In this document: positions 11,520 through 24,006 of the stretch, in pieces
Layout: every line of letters starts with the position of its first letter
How positions within the stretch are numbered: position 1 is the first letter of the stretch
Assembly (NCBI RefSeq): GCF_004010195.1
Contig: NC_057749.1
Coordinates: forward strand, 22,478,976-22,542,975
DNA length: 64,000 nt
Source: Chiloscyllium plagiosum
Taxonomy: Eukaryota
Reading direction: 5' to 3'
Notes under the pieces: generated by a model
Seen by the model: only the letters and a program-made list of their open reading frames with translations
What the model was told of the DNA's origin: nothing
Databases searched by the model: none
Program-made: the position numbers and the translations under genes

Positions 11520-11808
11520 TTATAGAACCAGAGAGTCCCAGGCCACTCAGCCTTGTGCTGACCCACCGAGCAGCATCCCATCCAATCCCAGACTCCACCC
11601 TATCTCTGTATCCCTGCATTTCCCATGGTCAATCCATCTAACCTGCACATCTTTGGACTGTGGGAGGTTACCAGAGCACCCAGAGGAGACTCATGTCGAC
11701 ACAGGGAGAACATGCCAACTCCACACAGACAGTCACCCGAGGGTGGAATTGAACCCGCTCCCTGGTGCTGTGAGGTAGCAGTGCTAACCGTGAGTCACCA
11801 TGCCGCCC
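11520..11808 (-). mobile_element. HE1-type V-SINE
   Basis: Minus-strand head and V-domain. Confidence 0.8.
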
Positions 11809-12466
11809 TACTGTGGTTGGATTTGATCTCTGTGATTCTATGATGGTATAAGAAACAAATTCGCTCCCACTAAGCTCAGAGATAAAGTGTCTTTTCAATT
11901 TGTGTCCATTAAAAATAGTTGCATTTGGAAGCATGCAAGGTTAATTAAAGAGTGAGTCAGTCAGTTGCCCAATTACGGTTCATACTAGCCGAGAAATTCC
12001 AAGCCGCGGTGACTGATTTGGAACTGAACTAATTTTGGAGCCAAGCTTTGTAAAACAGTGCTTACAGTTCATATAAGCAGCACAGTTAAACCGGCTTTGC
12101 AAACTTTACTTTGACATAACTTTCACAAAGATCAGAGAGACGTGGTTTAATAAACAAGACAAAAGAGTGGGAAGAGAGTTGAAAAACTAGATTATTCAGT
12201 CAGTCCAGCTCCAGAACATCATCTGGCCTCCCTCTTGAATATTTATTTGGGTTTCTATGGGTAGTCATTAATATTCTGCTCAAGTGGATTACGTTGGAGT
12301 GGTTTCTAGTTTCAATCTCACAATGGAAGCTGTCCCAGTCAGAGAGAGATATGTTCTCCCAGTCCACAGGGAAGTGTAATCACTGTTAAGCACTTGTTGA
12401 AATTGTTTGAATGCCCTTTTGCTTTCACTCCATTCTTGAACCACAGATGAACTCTCAGCACAAATA

Positions 12467-12870
12467 TTAGATTAAATTAGATTCCCTACAGTATGGAAAC
12501 AGGCCTTTCGGCCCAACAAATCCACACCGACCCTCCAAAGAGTAACCCACCAGACCCATTTCCCTGCCCAATATTTATCCCTGATTTATTGCTGATGAAG
12601 GGCTCCAGCCCAAAACGTCGATTCTCCTGGGATGCTGCCTGACCTGCTGTGCTTTTCCAGCAAAACACTCTCGACTCTGGTCGAGCATCTGCAGACCTCA
12701 CTTGCTCCTATCTTTGCCCCTGACTAATGCACCTAACACGGTCATGGCCAATCCACCCTAACCTGCACATCTTTGGACTGTGGGAGGAGACCGGAGCACC
12801 CAGAGGGAACCCACACACACACAGCCGCCCGAGGCTGGAATCGATCCTGGGACCCTGGTGCTGTGAGGCA
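12467..12870 (-). mobile_element. HE1-type V-SINE interrupted by a PLE family A terminus (12591-12707)
   Basis: SINE tail and V-domain flank a CTGATGAAGGGC...GATGCTGCCTGACCTGCTG insert. Confidence 0.8.
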
Positions 12871-13076
12871 ACATTGTGCCATTGTAAATCAGTGACAAAT
12901 TGATCTTGTGCCCAAAATATAATGCTTATCAAAGAATGAGCAATTGAAGAGAATTGCATTGGTAGGTTACTATTCCTTCTTACTTCAGGCTTTATTTACT
13001 TGCCCCAACTACAAAGGGGCCTCGGATAATTTTTATTGCACACCAGGCTCAATGCAGTTGAGCTAGAAAAAATAAT

Positions 13077-13308
13077 GTTAAAAATCACACAACAACAGGT
13101 TATAGTCCAATAGGTTTATTTGGAAGCACTAGCTTTCGGAGCGCTGCTCCTTCGACAGGTAGTTACTGGAGCAGGACCATAAATTCCACAGCTACCTGAA
13201 GAACCAGTGCTCTGAAAGCTAGTGCTTCCAAATAAATGGACTATAACCTGGTGTTGTGTGATTTTTTAACTTTGCCCACCCCAGTCCAACACCAGCACCT
13301 CCACATCA
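13077..13308. mobile_element. PLE family B fold-back
   Basis: AAAAATCACACAAC-ACAGGTTATAGTCC arm and its inverse GGACTATAACCTGGTGTTGTGTGATTTTT. Confidence 0.8.
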
Positions 13309-13394
13309 TAGAAAAGTCATGTCATTTACCAGTAATTTTGTTTTCCCGACCTATCAAGCACCCTCTTCTGGGCGTACACTGGGTGAACTAATCT

Positions 13395-14322
13395 TACAGA
13401 AGGGTTTAGTCGATATTCACTGAAGTTTAGAAAAATGAAGGGGGGGAATCTCATAGAAATCTACAGAGTTCTAACAGGGAAGGTGTTGTGAAACTTGAAA
13501 GGTTTCAGAAAAGATTCACAAGGATGTTACCAAGGTTGGAGGGCTTGAGCTAAAGGGAGAGGCTGAACAGGCTGGGGCTGTTTTCCCTGGCACGCGGAGG
13601 CTGAGGGGTGACTTTATAGAGGTTTATAAAATCATGAGGGGTATGGAGGGGGTAAATAGACAAGGCCTCTTCCCCAGCTGAGGGGAATCCAGAACTAAAG
13701 GGCATAGGTTTGAGGTGAGAGGAGCAAGATTTAAAAGGGATCGAAAGGGCAACTTTTTCACACAGAGAATGGTGCGGATATGGAATGCACTGCCAGTGAA
13801 GTGGTGGGGGTTGGTACAATTACAACATTTAAGAGGCATCTGAAAAGGTAAATGACTGGGAAGGGTTTAGAGGGATATGGGTCAACTGCTGGCAAATGGG
13901 ACTAGATCGGTTTAGGATATCTGGCTGGCACAGACAACTTGGACTGAAGGGTTTACCTCCGTGCTGTACATCTCTATAACTTTAGGACTGGACAGGGTAA
14001 ATGCAGGAACGGTATTTCCAAAGATCAGGGAGCCCAGAACCAGGGGTCACAGTCTAAGGACTTGGGATAGACCAACAAAGACTGAAATGAGGAGGCGCGT
14101 CTGCACCCAAGAGAATGATAAGTCTGTGGAATTCTCGGAACTAGAAAGCGGTTGAGGCCAAAACATTGAATATTTTCGAAAAGAAATTAGATATTGTTCT
14201 CTGGGGTAAAGGGATCAAAGGGCATGGGTAAAAACAACAGGCTATTGAGTTGGATGATCAGCCATGATCATACTGAATGACATAGCAGGTTCGAAACGTC
14301 GAATAGCCTACTCTTGCTCCTT
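13395..14322 (+). mobile_element. Nested CR1 LINE 3' fragments (insert at about 13479-13978 in an older copy)
   Basis: The host reading breaks at TTCTAACAGG and resumes at GGACTGGACAGGGTAAATGCAGG; the insert has its own 3' tail. Confidence 0.75.
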
Positions 14323-14887
14323 TTTTTGTTTTTAAGGATATCGGAGAGATTAATAGCTGCAGATATTTGTCATTAAGCAGTAGGATTGGTTCCCCAACCT
14401 TTACCAGGAAGACTGTCGAGTTGATGCGGAGTCTGACGGGAGACTATGTGGTAGTACCTTTGATGAATATTGGGGTTTTGACAAACATAACTGATGTCTG
14501 AACGGTTTGTGAACTAATGTAACAAAACCGATTTACAACCAACTGTATATTTAAAAACATGCTCTGAAAATTGCAAACATACCTTACTGATAATTTGAAT
14601 TTGTTCACATTAATTTAGCATTTTGAATCAATTTATTGATCTGAACAAAATAAGTAACAAAGGGAAGTAGGAATTTTTAACCGACTGAATTGAAGCAAAG
14701 CACTTCTGATTTAAACGTTTTGAAATTATGTGCTTCATGCAGTTCATAGAATGTTACAGAGGCCAACCCATCAAATCCATGGAAGTGTTTTCTCCATAAT
14801 TAAACTCGACTCATCCCAGCCCTCAGTCTCACAACTTTAATGTTTCTTTTATAAGAATCTCCTCTGTAAAAACAAAATTGTATATTG

Positions 14888-15040
14888 GGTCAGGGCGGCA
14901 TCCATGGAGAGAAAGCAAGCTAATGTTTAGAAACGTTAGTTTGCTCTCTCTCTCTCCGTGGACGCTGCCTGGTCCACTGTGATCTCTGGCATTTGTTGTT
15001 TTCAGTTCAGATTCCAGCTTCTGCAGTGAGTTGCTCCTTC
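14888..15040. mobile_element. PLE family D short fold-back
   Basis: GGCATCCATGGAGAGAAAGCAAGCTAA versus TTAGTTTGCTCTCTC...CCGTGGACGCTGCC. Confidence 0.6.
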
Positions 15041-15359
15041 ATTGTATATGGGTGCAGTGTACCAACCTGTTGTGCCATTCAATGTTGTCATGACTGATCT
15101 GCAACTTGCTCTACCTTTGTCCCCACCACCTGATACCCTTAGTTTACAAGAAATTGTCAATATTCTAAGCAGATAGATAATCTGCCTTACATTTCATGAA
15201 CTTCACGTTGAGCTAATAGCCTGCTATGAGGGATTTTATCAAATGCTTAACGGAAGTCTGCATACACAACAGCCTGGGGCATTTCCTGACCACTGTTTCA
15301 GTTGCCTCATCAGACACGGCCCATTGTTTGTAAACCTATGCTGGTGTCTGCTTCAACAA

Positions 15360-16240
15360 GAATGAGGGGTGACCTTATTGAGGCGTATAAAATCATGAGG
15401 AGCATCGATAGGTTGAATGCAGGTATTTTGCTCAGGGATGGGAACTGAAAACTAGAGGGCATGGGTTTAAGGTGAGAGGGAAAAGATTTAGGAAAGACCT
15501 ATAAGTTCCAAAACAATGTAACTAATTACAAGGATGTTGCCAGGGTTGGAGGATTTGAGCTGTCGGGACAGGTTGGATAGGCTGGGGCTGTTTTCCCTGG
15601 AGTGTTGGAGGCTGAGGGGTGACCTTATAGAGGTTTATAAAATCATGAGGGGCATGGATAGGATAAATAGACAAAGTCTTTTTCCTGGGGTAGTGGAATC
15701 CAGAACTAGAGGCTATAAGTTTAGGGTGAGAGGGGAAAGATATAAAAGACACCTAAGGGGCAATTTTTTCACGAAGAGGATGGTACATGTGTGAAATGAG
15801 CTGCCAGAGGAAATGGTGGAGGCTGGTACAATTGCAACATTTACAAGGCATTTGGATGGGTATATGAATAGGAAGGGTTTGGAGGGATATAGGCTGGGTG
15901 CTGGCAGGTGGGACTAAATTGAGTTGGGATATCTGGTCGGCATGGACGGGTTGGACCGAAGGGTCCGTTTTCGTGCTGTAAATCTTCAGGACTATGACCT
16001 GAGGGGCAATATCTTCACGCAGAGAGTGGTGCATATATGGACTGGACTGCCAGAGGAAGTGGTTGAGGCAGGTACAATAACAACATTTAAAAAAACATTT
16101 GGATAGGCACATGGATGGGATGGGTTTAGAGGGATATGGAACAAACGTGGGCTATTAGAACTCGCCGAGTGGGCACCATGGTCAGCATGGACCAGTTTGG
16201 GCTGAAGGGTCTGTTTCCATGCTGTATTACTCTATGACTA
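15360..16240 (+). mobile_element. Nested CR1 LINE 3' fragments (insert at about 15527-15985)
   Basis: ORF 15534..15794 reads LRGDLIEVYKIMRGMDR; the host resumes at GACCTGAGGGGCAAT. Confidence 0.8.
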
Positions 16241-16656
16241 TAACTGTGTGGGAAAGCCTTCCACGTGCAAATTAAATTTTTTTAAACCTTTTAATGACTG
16301 TGTTTAATTTGTGCTCTCAATCATCTCCCAAACCAACCAAAATCATGCTTACTGCTCTTATCTCAACTTTGAAGACATCAGTTAGGTCAACACAAACACA
16401 ATTTCGGACATTTTCCATATCAAATTGTTTGGAGATGGTATTGCATAATTCTGGGATTTGAGCACAGGTCTCCTGCCTCAGAGATAGGGTCACAATCACT
16501 GTGTCAAAAGCTTTCCTACATTTTGAATTCCACTGTCATCATCAACATGTATCTCCCAACCCCTACTGTCAAACAGATTATCTGCTCAGTCATGCCATTG
16601 CTGTTTGTGGAAACTTGCTGTGTCCAGCTCCTGCAGTTTATCATGTTGTCAAAATA

Positions 16657-16761
16657 ACTCCGAAAGCTAGTGTGCTTCCAATTAAACCTGTAGGACTATA
16701 ACCTGGTGTTGTGTGATTTTTAACTTTGTACACCCCAGTCCAACACCGGCATCGCCAAATC
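16657..16761 (+). mobile_element. PLE family B 3' terminus
   Basis: CTCCGAAAGCTAGTG...GGACTATAACCTGGTGTTGTGTG...CCAAATC. Confidence 0.75.
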
Positions 16762-16847
16762 AAAATTACACGTTTTTCACAAGCACTTTGGCTGTGAAAT
16801 GTTGCATAAACAATTTTCCATTCGTGCTGTCACATTCCCTTTAATAA

Positions 16848-17157
16848 TCATAGAATTCCTACGGTGTGGGAGCAAGCTATTCAGCCCATACCAACCCTCC
16901 AAAGAGCATCCCACCCAGACCCACCCTGCATTTCTCATGGTTAATCCACCTAGCCTGCACATCCCTGGACAATTGAGCATGGCCAATCCACCTAACCCAA
17001 ATGTCTTTGGACTGTGGGGAGAGATCCGAGCACCTGGAGGAAACCCATGCGGACACAGGGAGAACGTGCGAGCTCCACAGCGACAGTCGCCTAAGGCTGG
17101 AATCGAACCCGGGTCCCTGGCGCTGGGAGGTGTTGACGTTAACCACTCAGCCACCCC
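16848..17157 (-). mobile_element. HE1-type V-SINE
   Basis: Minus-strand head, V-domain and tail. Confidence 0.85.
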
Positions 17158-17274
17158 ATTCTAGGCTTTCTTGCATGGATAATTCCTTCTTTGCGGTGAT
17201 TTACCAAAAACACTAGGAAATTCTATAACACTGACCCTCCACATTTTTTCACGACACTTTCCCCAAATTCCTCA

Positions 17275-17415
<141 letters not shown>

Positions 17416-17527
17416 TCACAACCTTAGTTTTTATGTCCTTCAAACCATTTCCAAAGCAAATCTTTTCTCACCACAGAACGATCTAATATCCTGCTCATCA
17501 TTGCCCATGTAAAAACGTCATTGTGAA

Positions 17528-17791
17528 ACAGATTCAATCAACAAGCACATCGACCTGGACCCAATATGCCGACCACTGCAGCGGACAGCTGGAACTGACA
17601 ACCGGAAGCGGAAGAGACAAACCACTATAAATGCCGGAGGAAAGATCACAGAAGCACTTCACAGGAGGCTCCCAAGCACTGAGGATGTCACCTAGACAGG
17701 GGACGAAAAGTCTGCAACACAAATTCCCAGCTCGGCGAACAGAACCACAACAACGAGCACCCGAGCTACAAATCTTCACCCAAACTTTGAA
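17528..17791 (+). mobile_element. PLE family C 3' fragment
   Basis: DSINKHIDLDPI (GIY-YIG C-terminus) plus terminus; homologous to 18956-19219. Confidence 0.8.
17676..17715 (+). ncRNA. Hammerhead ribozyme motif (PLE family C)
   Basis: GCA-CTGAGGA-T-GTCACC-TAGACA-GGGGAC-GAAA-AG-TC-TGC; stem I GCA/TGC; the stem III palindrome is mutated. Confidence 0.55.
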
Positions 17792-18179
17792 CATTAAACT
17801 AATAATGGTTCATGGAAATGTGGAATGTGGGTCAATTCATGGCTTTCAAGATTTCTGAAGGTGTCAAGCCAGACAGTAAGTTTTTGTTTAATGCAGAACA
17901 CCCTGACTGACAGTGTTAGGTAACTACTCGTTTTTAGGTAAGAAACAAAATCATGGGGTCAGATTGCTTAAGGACGTTTGGCGAATGCATGAGGGAGCAG
18001 AATTGAGGATGAGCACCAATAGTGTTGGATCAATTCTAGCTGAACAAAACCACTTCTTTCAGAACGATAGAGTGGCCTAGATTTTGCATCAGCAGAGAAG
18101 TGGAGACAGTCACCATTCACCATCACTGGAATGGAAGACAATGGAGTCCATACTTGGACACGACGTTATGAATATGTTT

Positions 18180-18415
18180 TAGAATCCCTACAGTGCAGCA
18201 AGAGGTCATTCATTCTGCACCAACCTTCCACAGAGCACTCCACCTAGACTCACTCCATCCCTGTAACCCTGCATTTAGCAAGTCCAATCACCTAACCTGC
18301 ACATCTTTGGACTGTGGGAGGAAACCCAACACAGGGAAAACATGGAAACTTCAGACAGACAGTGGTCCAAGGCTTGAATCGAACCCGGGTCCCCAGTGCT
18401 GTGAGGCAGCACTGT
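18180..18415 (-). mobile_element. HE1-type V-SINE (deleted)
   Basis: V-domain and partial head on the minus strand. Confidence 0.75.
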
Positions 18416-18578
18416 GCAACCCCTACTTGAGTTGCTCTCAATAATTCTCAGCTTCTGTGAAGTGGACTCTGCCGATGTCCTCTTAGAGGCAAATCAATGG
18501 TAAATCAATGCAATCACTAAGAGCTCTCATGCTTACACATTTTGTTTTCATGTAAAAATCTTTGAAAACGTTAAACTA

Positions 18579-19219
18579 TTGTTGTGGCTCTGTTCGCCGA
18601 GCTGGGAATTTGTGTTGCAGACATTCTCTGTTTGGCTTGTCCTATAATAGTAGAGAACAGCCAGGGAATTCTTCGTCCCCTGTCTAGGTGACATCCTCAG
18701 TGCTTGGGAGCCTTCTGTGAAGCGCTTCTGTGATCTTTCCTCCGGCACTTATAGTGGTTTGTCTCTACCGCTTCCGGTTGTCAGTTCCAGCTGTCCGCTG
18801 CAGTGATCGGTATATTGGGTCCAGGTCGATGTGCTTATTGATTGAATCTGTGGATGAGTGCCACGACTCTAGGAATTCCCTGGCTGTTCTCTGTTTGGCT
18901 TGTCCTATAATAGTAGAGAACAGCCAGGGAATTCCGAGAGGCATGGCACTCATCCACAGATTCAATCAATAAGCACGTTGACCTGGACCCAATATACCGA
19001 CCACTGCAGCGGACAGCTGGAACTGACAACCGGAAGCGGCAGATTCAAACCACTACAAATGCCGGAGGAAAGATCACAGAAGCGCGTCACAGGAGGCTCC
19101 CAAGCACTGAGGATGTCACCCAGACAGGGGACTAAACGTCTGCAACACAAATTCCCAGCTCGGCGAACAGAACCACAACAACGAGCACCCGAGCTACAAA
19201 TCTTCTCACAAACTTTGAA
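18579..19219. mobile_element. PLE family C fold-back (minus copy 18579-18914, plus copy 18915-19219)
   Basis: ORF 18765..18965 reads IIGQAKQRTAREFLESWHSSTDSINKHIDLDPIY; about 270-bp inverted arms; TSD-like AACGTTAAACTA (18567-18578) / AACATTAAACTA (19218-19229). Confidence 0.85.
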
Positions 19220-19364
19220 CATTAAACTAATAATGGTTCATGGAAATGTGGAATGTGGGTCAATGGCAGAATTATTGCAGCCAATCTATCTTATTCACTC
19301 CAAAAGCATTGTTTTATATCAACGGAATGTCAAATCTTGCTTTTTGTGCACTTTCTTTGCATAT

Positions 19365-19497
19365 GAATATTGCATTCCTCGCTCTGTTCCATTACCCTGA
19401 TGCACTTTGTATGATTATGGTCTGTCTGCACTGCAAGCAAAACAGAATCTTTCACTGTACGTAGGTGCGTGACAATAATAAATCAAATCAAATCAAA
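19365..19497 (+). mobile_element. Rex1-type LINE 3'UTR
   Basis: Matches 10475-10605; (AATCA)n tail. Confidence 0.75.
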
Positions 19498-19754
19498 TTT
19501 CTCCACTGTGACAATAAATTCGACACATTTTTAAAAGAATTAAGCAAATTAAAGTTTGCTTTCTCGGTTTCTAACTTCATCTCCTTCAACGCAGAAAGAG
19601 GCCATTCAGCCCAGCGAGTCTGCACCAACCCTTTGAAGAATACCTCACCTGGATCCAGCACCCCATAACCACCCAGCCTGCACGTCCCTGGACACTACAG
19701 ATAATTTAGAATGGCCAATTCACCCAACCTGTACATCTTTGGATTTGTGTACAT

Positions 19755-20945
19755 GTCATAGTGTCATAAAGTCCGATAACACGGAGACAGGCCCTTTGGC
19801 CCTAACTGGTCCCTACTGATCAAAATGTCCGTCCACACTAACCCCATTTCCCTGCACTTGGCACATATCCTTCTAAACTTTTCCTGTCCGTGTATTTGTC
19901 CAAATGCCTTTTAAATGTTGTTAATGTACCCGCCTCAACCACTTCCACTGGCAGCTCATTCCACACGTGTACCACCCTGTGTGTAAAAATGGTGTTCCTC
20001 AGGTTCCCTTTTATTCTATTCCCTCTATCCTTAAACTGATGCCCTCTCGTCCTAGCTTCCCCAACACTGGGAAAAAGACTGAGTGCATTCACCCTATCCA
20101 TGACTCTCGTGATCTTAATCACTTCCATAAGATTCTCCCTCAGTTTCCTACTCTCTAAAGAACTAAGTCCTAGTTTGTCCAGCCTCTCCCCATAACTTAG
20201 ACCCTTGAGTCCTGGCAACATCCTTGTAAATTTCTTCTGCACTCTTTCCAGTTTAATAACATCCATCCTATAGCAAGGTGATCAAAACTGAACACAATAC
20301 TCCAAGTCAACCTCACCAACACCCTGTACAAATCCAACATAACTTTCCAACTTCTCTACCCAATGCCCTGACTGATGAAGGCCAGTGTGCCAAAAGCCTC
20401 CTTCACTGCCCTGTCTACCTGGGACTCCACTTTCAGAGAACCGTGCACCTGAACTGCAAGGTCCCTCTGTTCCACTACACTCCTTTAGGCCCTGCCAATC
20501 AAGATGAAACTCCTACCTTGATTTGACTTTCCAAAATGCAAGACCTCACACTTATCTATTAAACTCCATTTGCCATTTCTCAGCCCACTTCCCCAAATGA
20601 TCAAGGCCCTGCTGCAATTTCTGAGCACCTTCCTCACTGCCCACGATATCGCCTATTTTAGTATCATCTGCAACTTACTAATCATGCCTTGTACATTCTC
20701 ATCCAAACCATTGATACAGATAACAAACAGCGCTGGGCCCAGCACTGACCCCTGGGGCACTCCATTAGTCACAGACCTCCAATCCAACAGCATCCTTCCA
20801 TTATTCCCCTCTGCTTCCTACCAACAAGCCAATTGTGTATCCAATTTGCCAGCTCCCCCCGGATTCCATGCGATCTAACCTTCCAGAGCAGCCTATCATG
20901 TGGAACCTTACCAAAGGCCTTACTGAAATCCATATAGACTGTGTG
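19755..20945 (-). mobile_element. CR1-clade LINE, about 1.2 kb of RT domain and 3' end (degenerate)
   Basis: Minus-strand [13 protein letters not shown] and ADDTK motifs; ORF 19838..20266 reads KLERVQKKFTRMLPGL. Confidence 0.9.
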
Positions 20946-21209
20946 TCAATTATTAAATTCACTAAATATTGATCTGGATTTGAAACCCACAAATCAGGCA
21001 GACTCGTAAATGAAAAACAAAGTGAGGTGATGTTGGGTTGGTAATCCTACCAGTCCCAGATAGCAAGTGGGTGCTGAAATCAGTTGCTCACCAACGTTCT
21101 GAAATGAGGTTGCAAACTTTTGTACTTGCTAAAGACCCAGTTATCTGCAAGTTTTCACTGTCCACTGCAGTTTTAGGACGTCAGACAAGAGGCAGAGAAG
21201 ATGATAAAG

Positions 21210-21560
21210 GATGAGAGGCCATTTCGTTGAAACATATGAGATTCTAAGGGGACTTGACAGGGTATATACAGAGAAGCTGCTTCCCCTTGTGTGGGACAGT
21301 TGAAGCCAGAGGGTATAATCTGAGAGTAAGGCAGAAGTGAGGAGGTTATTAATCTGCGGAAATCTTTACCACAGAGGGCTGTCAAGGCTGGGTCATTAGG
21401 CACATCCAATGAGACAGACAGATTTTTAACCAACAAAGGGAATCAAGGGTTGTAGTAAAAGGTGGGAAAGTGGCGTTGAGGATGACCAGATCCGCCATGA
21501 TCTCATTGATGGCACAGCACACTCAGGGGCAGAATGGTCTACTCCAGCTCCTAAATCCTA
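21210..21560 (+). mobile_element. Degenerate CR1-clade LINE 3' fragment
   Basis: GAAACATATGAGATTCTAAGGGGACTTGACAGGG ... ATCCGCCATGATCTCATTG tail. Confidence 0.6.
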
Positions 21561-21772
21561 TGGTCTTCAGCAGTTTCAGAGTGCCCCGTGATGACTGCGA
21601 CAGACGAGGCATCACAAGGGCAAAGGAAAGGCCTCCTAGCACGGCCATCGTTAACAGTACCCGGCCAGCGATCTGAAAAAGGTTAATGTGAACTCTGTTT
21701 CTCTCTTCACAAACTCAAGCAACTTCTATTTATACTTGAGGCTTCCAGCATCTACAGTGTTTTGTTGTTACT

Positions 21773-22020
21773 CGGGTGGAAAAGTGTGGCGCTGGAAAAA
21801 CACAGCAGGTCAGGCAGCAGCCCAGGAGCAGGAGAATTGACGTCTCAGGCATGAGCCGCACCGACCCTCACCCCACCTACTCCCCCACCTCCCCATATTC
21901 CTCATGAAGGGCTTATGCCCAAAGTGTCGACTTTCCTGCTTCTCGGATACTGCCTGACCGGCTGTGCTTTTCAGGATGCCACACGTTTCGACTCTGATCT
22001 GCAGTCCTCATGTTCTCCCA
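21773..22020. mobile_element. PLE family A fold-back with TSD
   Basis: Inverted termini; TTTTGTTGTTACT (21760-21772) / TTTTGCTGTTACT (22021-22033). Confidence 0.75.
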
Positions 22021-22339
22021 TTTTGCTGTTACTTCTCAGCAGATTTCGCTGGGGAAAGTGACAGTGCCTCTTTTATATACTTAGAGTCAGTCTTTATTGA
22101 AAGTCAGAGATCAACTGGCTTTTGTAGCCTACCCCCTGCTTGTGACTATTACCCCTGTGCTGGATGGCATCCTGCCTACACTCCTGACTGGGGAACGGAG
22201 ACGACCTTTGACTTTCTAGTTGGCCTTCTTCCTGCTGAATGGTCACTAATTGACCATCTGACATGTGACTGGCCAAACAGGCAGCCAACCTGAGAGCAAA
22301 CTGACACTTGGTTTTTGTTCCACAGGCCTCACTCTGTCA

Positions 22340-22548
22340 AGATTAGATTAGATTACTTACAGTGTGGAAACAGGCCCTTCAGCCCAACAAGTCCACACTG
22401 ATCCGCCGAAGCGCAACCCACCCAGACCCATTCCCCTACATATACCTCTTCACCTAACACTACGGGCAATTTAGCACGGCCAATTCACCTAACCTGCACA
22501 TTTTTGGATTGTGGGAGGAAACCGGAGCACCCGGAGGAAACCCACGCA
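22340..22548 (-). mobile_element. 5'-truncated HE1-type SINE
   Basis: (TCTAA)n tail and half of the V-domain. Confidence 0.8.
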
Positions 22549-23087
22549 GTCAAGAAACATGAAATCCACTCTGTTATTTTTGGGTTTTATATTTAAGATT
22601 ACTGGTTTGCTGCCAATGGTAATATTTCACTGCCAGGTTGTTTGAATGACATCACTGTTGTTTGATGCATGGAGATCCCCCTAATTTGCTGTTAGATTGA
22701 AACTGCAATGGGAAATGGGGAGTCCATGTTGCCGAGATTGAGAGGTCCTTGTGATCTTTCCCAATGACCCTGGCTTCACCACGATCTGGAAAATCCAGTC
22801 AATGAGTACTGTGCACCTATGTGTCCATGCATACGTAGGGTCTGCTCTCTCAGCACTGTCCAGGGTCGTGTACACGTGTGTGCATCCCGTGACACTGCAC
22901 ATTAGGGTTGGGAACTCCTTTGGACTCATGACCAGAAGCACAAGCAATCAACGTGCAGCTCGAAATCACTTAGCTTAAAGATCTGGGGTGATGGATTGTG
23001 CAGGTAACTACAACATACCTGACTCTCATGGACTTACTTCTATTTACTAAACCTTCCTTGCAAACATATTTCTTCCTGTGAGAGCAG

Positions 23088-23545
23088 ATCACACTCACAA
23101 TCCCATTACAAACAGACCGCATCTACACCCCCATTACAAACAGGCCACACAACCATCTCTCCATTACAAACAGGCCACACAACCATCTCTCCATTACAAA
23201 CAGGCCACACTCATATCTCCATTACAAACAGGCCACACCCACATTCCCATTACAAACAGTCCACACCCACATCTCTATTACAAACAGAGCACACCCACAC
23301 CCCATTACAAACAGACCACGCCCACATCCCCATTACAAACAGACCACACTCTCATCCCCATTACAAACAGACCGCACTCACATCCCCATTACAAATAGAC
23401 CGCACTCACATCCCCATTACAAATAGACCGCACCCACATCCCCATTACAAACAGACTGCACTTACATCCCCATTACAAACAGACCGCACCCACATCCCCA
23501 TTACAAATAGATCGCACCCACATCCCCATTACAAACAGACCATAC
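23088..23545. repeat. 28-bp minisatellite, about 16 copies
   Basis: Unit CCCATTACAAACAGACCGCACCCACATC in tandem with no unique spacers. Confidence 0.95.
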
Positions 23546-23558
23546 TCTGTGCAGTGAC

Positions 23559-23740
23559 TGTAACAAGGACAGCCAGGTGGACCTCATAGAATATGGGTTC
23601 CCTGATTGGGGCTGTTAATCTGGTCCAATCAGGAAGCCCTGGCTGACAGATCTAAACAGGAGGGTCAGGGTCAAGGATTCTTCACGTGTGAATGAAGAAT
23701 GACTTAGTGATGGGATACCGGCTCCTGTGGAGTCATTTCA
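23559..23740 (+). mobile_element. Solo-LTR-like repeat (partial second copy at 23821-23955)
   Basis: Starts TGTAACAAGG and ends ATTTCA (TG...CA); CCAAT-like motifs; homologous to 28998-29314. Confidence 0.6.
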
Positions 23741-24006
23741 GCAGACAATGGAAACAATTTCACAAGGTCTCCCCCGGTCACCATTTACCGACGTGACATG
23801 CTTAAAAAAAAATTAAAAAAAAATAAACAGGAGGGTCAGGGGTTCTTATACTCTGGGCGCTGACTCTGATGAGGCTGTGCCAGAGTCAAGGACTCTCCAC
23901 GTGTACATAAAGGGTGATTTGGTAATGGGACACTGACCTCTGTGGAGTTATTTCAGCCTGACTTCCAAATGTAAGCACTTGGAATCATGCTTGTTACTTT
24001 GCCACA

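Noticed and set aside
14407..14459. Possible minus-strand small exon (YYHIVSRQTPHQLDSLP)
   Set aside because: Weak acceptor and donor; no supporting partner exons.
19755..20945. Intact reverse transcriptase gene
   Set aside because: 5'-truncated CR1 remnant with stops and frameshifts; no autonomous intact element exists in the window.
21565..21672. Minus-strand acceptor followed by a hydrophobic peptide (IAGRVLLTMAVLGGLSFALV)
   Set aside because: No donor before it runs into a CR1 tail, and no recognisable homology.
23088..23545. CRISPR-like regularly repeated motif
   Set aside because: Units are contiguous with no unique spacers, there are no cas genes and the context is eukaryotic; it is a minisatellite.
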